Assembly: GCA_964016885.1 (NCBI GenBank)
Contig: OZ024750.1
Span: 53,258,001-53,322,000 of the forward strand
Reading direction: 5' to 3'
Length of the DNA: 64,000 bases
Origin: Eledone cirrhosa
Lineage: Eukaryota
The position numbers and the translations under genes are program-made. Shown one piece after another: positions 57,023 through 64,000 of the stretch (its first letter is position 1; the number at the start of each line of letters is the position of its first letter). A model generated the notes under the pieces. The model ran no database searches and was not told where the DNA came from. It saw nothing but the letters and a program-made list of their open reading frames with translations.

Positions 57023-58255
57023 ATATATATATATATATATTTATATATGTGTGTGTGTGTGTGTGTTTGTATGCATGAGTGGTGGTGTGTGCGCGCATAT
57101 GTGTGAGTGTTGGTGTGTGCGCGTGTGTGTATGTCGTACGTATGAGTGTCAATAAGTGAGTTTTTTTTTGTTTCTTTTAATGCGCGGGGACATAGAAATA
57201 ATCAGGCTGGATACCTGATTGGCGCAGTTAAACCACTGGGAGTGAAGGACCCCTAGCCTTTGTCAGGGCATTCTTCTAGGAGAAGGCACCCCAGGAAAGT
57301 GGGTTAACTCCGACATAAAACCTGCGGCTCAGTAGTTACCGACGATGTTGATCTTTTCTTCTTTTCGGGTTATAGCTACTGTCGTTCAGAGAGTGGGATT
57401 GGCTCAGTGCACAATCTTTCCTCACTTTGAAAATATTCTTCACGCACAGGCATTGCAACGATTGCATTATTTAATAATTATTAATAGTGTATTATTATTG
57501 TTACTATTATTATTCCCCCCCCTCCCCAATTCAATGATGTTCCAAAACAATATAAAAGAGATAATTGGCAATAAGGGTTCTGGAACAAAAGAGATAATTG
57601 GCAATAAGGGCAGGGGCCCCAGGGTATCACAGCCTGGGCTGGCTCGTCATCGTGCCACTGTAATAGAGCCAAACAAGGCATTTAGTCTTGGCTGCTGGAA
57701 CGTACAGACGCTGCTTGCCAGGGATTCCTTGGAACGTCCTGAACGAACGACCGCTCTTGTTGCTTCGACGTTACGATCTTGACATCGTACCTTTGTCTGA
57801 GACGAGGTTAGCTGGAGATGGTCATCTTACAGAATTTTGTGGAGAATATACATTCTTCTGGAAAGGAAGAGATGAAGGAACCAGAAGAGAGGCTGGGGTA
57901 GCATTTGCTGTTAAGACTGTTCTTGTGGATAAATTAGAAGAATTCCCAGTGGGGATTAGTGAGTGTCTTATGTCCATGAGAATTCCGCTGGACAAAGGAA
58001 GATATGCGACCCTGGTGTGTGTGTATGCTCCAACTATGAATTCTGTCGATGAAGAATAAGTGTCCTTTTACCATGCCTTGAAAGGTGTTTTAAAAAGATA
58101 ACATACACACAAGATAACACTACAAGCGGCTTTGACCGGGAGGGTCATTTAGAGGGAATTGGAGGGGGGGGGGGTAAGGCTGCACAGCCCCACTTATCGC
58201 CATGGTGATTGGACTGCATGGCCTGCTTTCCAGGTTACACTTCGCCACTGATGTA

Positions 58256-58310
<55 letters not shown>

Positions 58311-58621
58311 GTATGTATATATGTATATGTATGTATATATGTATATGTATGTATATATGTATATGTATGTATATATGTATATGTATGTGTATATGTATGT
58401 ATATATGTATATGTATGTATATATGTATATAATATATGTATATATATATGTATATATATATGTATGTAATTTATATACATGTGTGTATATATATATATAT
58501 GTATGTAATATATATACATGTGTGTATATATATATATATGTAATATATATATACATGTGTGTATATATATATATATCAAGGAAACAACACATCACCCGGT
58601 CTGTCTTGCTCAAGGAAACAA

Positions 58622-58900
58622 CTCAGACCGGGTGATGTGTTGTTCCTTGAGCAAGACACTTTATTTCACATTGCTCCAGTTTACTCAGCTGTAGAAATGA
58701 GATGATATGGACTGGGGTCCCTATCATTCCACTGCAAAGTGGTCGTGGAGGTGCCACGCAAAAAAGCACCCAGCACTCACTGTAAATGAGGTTGGTGTTA
58801 GGAAGGGCATCCAGCTGTAGAAATCAAGCCAGAATCAATTCCCGTCCCACCATTGCAAGCAGGGAGAAAGCGGACGTAAAATGATGATGATGATGATGAT
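58622..58900 (+). mobile_element. 5'-truncated CORE-like SINE preceded by short inverted copies of its 5' end
   Basis: Family match; inverted stubs at 58577-58620. Confidence 0.8.
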
Positions 58901-58913
58901 GTATATGTATATA

Positions 58914-59793
58914 CAGGGTGCGGACGATATTTGTTTGCAATTTTCAACTGCTAATTTTATGCAAATTTTTTTTTCTTCCGTTGTCACTTGTCTTCATAAA
59001 AACAATGACTATATTTTTATCATTTATTTTCAAAATAATTGATTATGAATAATTTTGAACCTCCAAATTTGTGGAAGAGACATGGAGTTCTTCTTGGAAT
59101 CCGCACCGGGAGGACAAATAAGACCAGAAGATCTACTTCCAGAACAACAGGTGGCTTGCTGTCTCATCCAAAGACGTGCCCAGAGTCATGCAGACAAGTT
59201 TCCAGCGACAGCATTGGTCTTAGGTGTTGTCAGCAGTCAAGGTGACGTCATGCCACCTCACTTCTTCCCTGAGGGCCTCAAGCTGCACACCGATGGCTAG
59301 ATCTGTGTTCTGAGCGAGGTAGTAAAGCCCTGGATCGACCAGGTAGCTGCAGGTAGGCTGTACATGTGGCAGCAAGATTCAGCGCCCTGCCATACCAGCC
59401 GAAAGACCCAAGCCTGGCTGTCAGAGAACTTCGTCGACCACACTTCACCTGACATCTGGCCTCCCAGCTTGCCTAATTGCAACCCACTCGACTTCTTTGT
59501 GTCGGGCGCAGTGGAACGAACAGATCTAGCTGCAATACGAAAGATGATCTGAAGGCCAGGATCACAAGTGCCTTTAGGGGTCTAAGTCAGGGGAGAGTGA
59601 CGAAGGCCTGTAGCCGGTTCCAAGGCCGCCTTGAGGCCGTCATCAAAGCCAATGTTGGGTTTATCGAGTGAGATCGAAAGAACAAGTCATGAAGACAAAC
59701 TGACCCAAGTTTGATAAATAAATCTTAAAAAATAAAACTACTGTCTTATTTTTTCCTAGACAGTAATCTTGCGAACAGATATTGTCCGCACCC

Positions 59794-59795
<2 letters not shown>
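58914..59795 (+). mobile_element. Internally deleted Tc1/mariner-superfamily transposon, DD37D (maT-type) spacing
   Basis: TA-flanked TIRs cagggtgcggacgatatttgtttgcaa / ttgcgaacagatattgtccgcacccgg. Peptide WQQDSAPCH...WPPSLPNCNPLDFF has 37 residues between the two Asp. Confidence 0.88.
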
Positions 59796-59849
<54 letters not shown>

Positions 59850-61545
59850 ATATAAGATCAAAAGATGGTTAAAGGAGTTCAATATATTTTATTATGCGCA
59901 TTTCAAAAACAAACATCATCAAACAATAATATTTGTGTTTTCATCAGATAAAACAGGAGAACATGATATGAAGGCTAAAAAAAACACTTGTTGATAGTGC
60001 AGTTTTAAATCAACATATGAAAAGTGGTTTTAGATTGATGTGTGATATTGGGAAAAATATTTTATTTAGAGAGGGGGGGAGAGAAAGGGATGAAAAGGGA
60101 AGGAGATGAGAGGGAGAGATGGGTGATAGAGAGAAAGAGATAGTTTTTATAACTGAGAGGAGATATATTTTATATAGAGGGGTTGAAAACCGTTGGAAGA
60201 TATTGTATAAATTAAAAATTTTGAAAATTAACGAAGGGAGGATATGTGCGAGGAAAAAATATTATATTTAGGGAGGGGGGGGGGGTGGAAAGGATGAAAA
60301 AAAGGGGAGGAGATGAGAGTGAAGGTGGAAAGGGAGAGATGGGTGATAGAGAGAAAGAGATAGTTTTTATAACTGAGAAAAAGATATAATGTTTTAATAT
60401 AGAGAGGTTGGGAACCGTTGGAAGATAATGTATAAATTAAAGGAATTTGAAAATTAACGAAGGGAAATTATGTATGGAGATAGAGAGAAAAAAATAATAA
60501 TTGTGGGTGAATATTCTAACGTCAAAAGAAGAAATGTAGGAATTTTAAAATTAGCAAAGAGAAAAAGTTTATGTGTAGAAGGATTTGAGAAAAATAATGT
60601 AAAGTTAAAGTTTGTATATTGAATTCATATGTATTAATAATGAGTTCGTTGATGGGGAGAAAAAATAATAATAAATTAAGGATGAAATTGAGATTAAAAA
60701 GATTTATGATAGAGAGAAAAAATAATGATTGCGGATGAATACTCAAAATGTCAAAAACAAATGTTATTGTTTTACGAGGAGATAGAAAGAGGGTGATGAG
60801 TAAACGGGTATTATAGAGTGTATAATGCCCTTTAAAGTAAGGTAGATGGGTATATTTTAAAGAATATATGAGTATATATTAAAAAAAATCTATAATAATA
60901 AATTAAGGATTAAATTGAGATTAAAAAGATTTATGATAGAGGGAAAAAAATAATAATGATTGCGGATGAATATTCAAAATGTCAAAAACAAATGTTATTG
61001 TTTTACGAGAAGATAGGATGAGGGTGATGAGTAAACGAGTATTATAGAGTGTATAATGCCCTTTAAAGTAAGGTAGATGGGTATATTTTAAAGAGGTGTA
61101 TGTATATGTGCCTTTGAGAAAAGATTCTAAATTGATAAAGAATTGAATATTAACTGTATACTTTGTGAAAAGTTCTATGGAATTTATGCAGGCAGATGGA
61201 AAACAAATCCGAGCGTCTATTTATTATGGATTCTAGGTTAGAGATAATGGTAAATTTTTCATTTAGGCAGAGATTACAGATTTTAGATAGAGAGCTGTTC
61301 AAGTACGAGGATGCAGAAGAAATCTTTTTCCAAAAGATGTTATATTTAATGTTTTTGTCTTTTAAGGACCATATGAGTTCTGAGAGAGCAGTGTTAGTTC
61401 TTTTAAGTTTGTATTTGAAAGATGAATGATGATTATAGAGACGAGCTTTAAAAGAGGTGGAAGTGGAGCCAAATTAGGTGAAGGAATTGGTGCTAGTTAT
61501 AACTTTACATTCATAAATTAAGTTTTGTACTACAATAAAACTCAC
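59850..61545 (-). mobile_element. Penelope-like element 3' part: GIY-YIG pseudogene (~61160-61540), duplicated 3' UTR blocks and a hammerhead at 59887-59953
   Basis: Minus strand [75 protein letters not shown]. Ribozyme ttttat-CTGATGA-..-GAAA-tgcgca-TA-ataaaa. Confidence 0.85.
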
Positions 61546-61549
61546 CTCC

Positions 61550-64000
<2,451 letters not shown>

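Larger units (their letters stand above)
56030..58095 (+). mobile_element. Older RTE family A 5' part (5' UTR and frameshifted APE), interrupted by a SINE (56381-56700) and a Penelope-like pLTR (56750-57022)
   Basis: Reverse-complement similarity to 5275-6700; MMFQNNIKEII...GCWNVQTLL, SETRL, YAPT. Confidence 0.88.

Noticed and set aside
57181-57345. Possible HDV-like ribozyme in the RTE 5' UTR
   Set aside because: Such ribozymes are known from some RTEs, but I could not assemble the nested double pseudoknot by eye; it needs a descriptor search.

Overview
Repeat-dense, AT-rich animal genomic DNA; the SINE/LINE repertoire and the huge (TA)n/(TATG)n tracts suggest a mollusc, probably an octopus (inference). 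The only host coding sequence found is three internal + strand exons of a Trio/Kalirin-family Rho-GEF (end of SEC14 domain to first spectrin repeat, 49507-54216), so the rest is probably intron. It holds three RTE-clade LINE families: one copy with an intact 1181-aa ORF and three C2H2 fingers, and two families with a PHD-like finger after the RT core. It also holds Penelope-like (GIY-YIG) remnants with minimal hammerhead motifs, tRNA/CORE-type SINEs sharing an RTE 3' tail, a DD37D Tc1/mariner remnant and a 40-bp minisatellite. The highlight is a near-identical 466-bp tandem array (14579-20422). Every complete monomer carries a type I hammerhead ribozyme with a long extended helix I (a retrozyme/satellite-2-like system), and the array flips orientation at about 17180 into a multi-kb inverted repeat. 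Most long ORFs in the supplied track are microsatellite artefacts.
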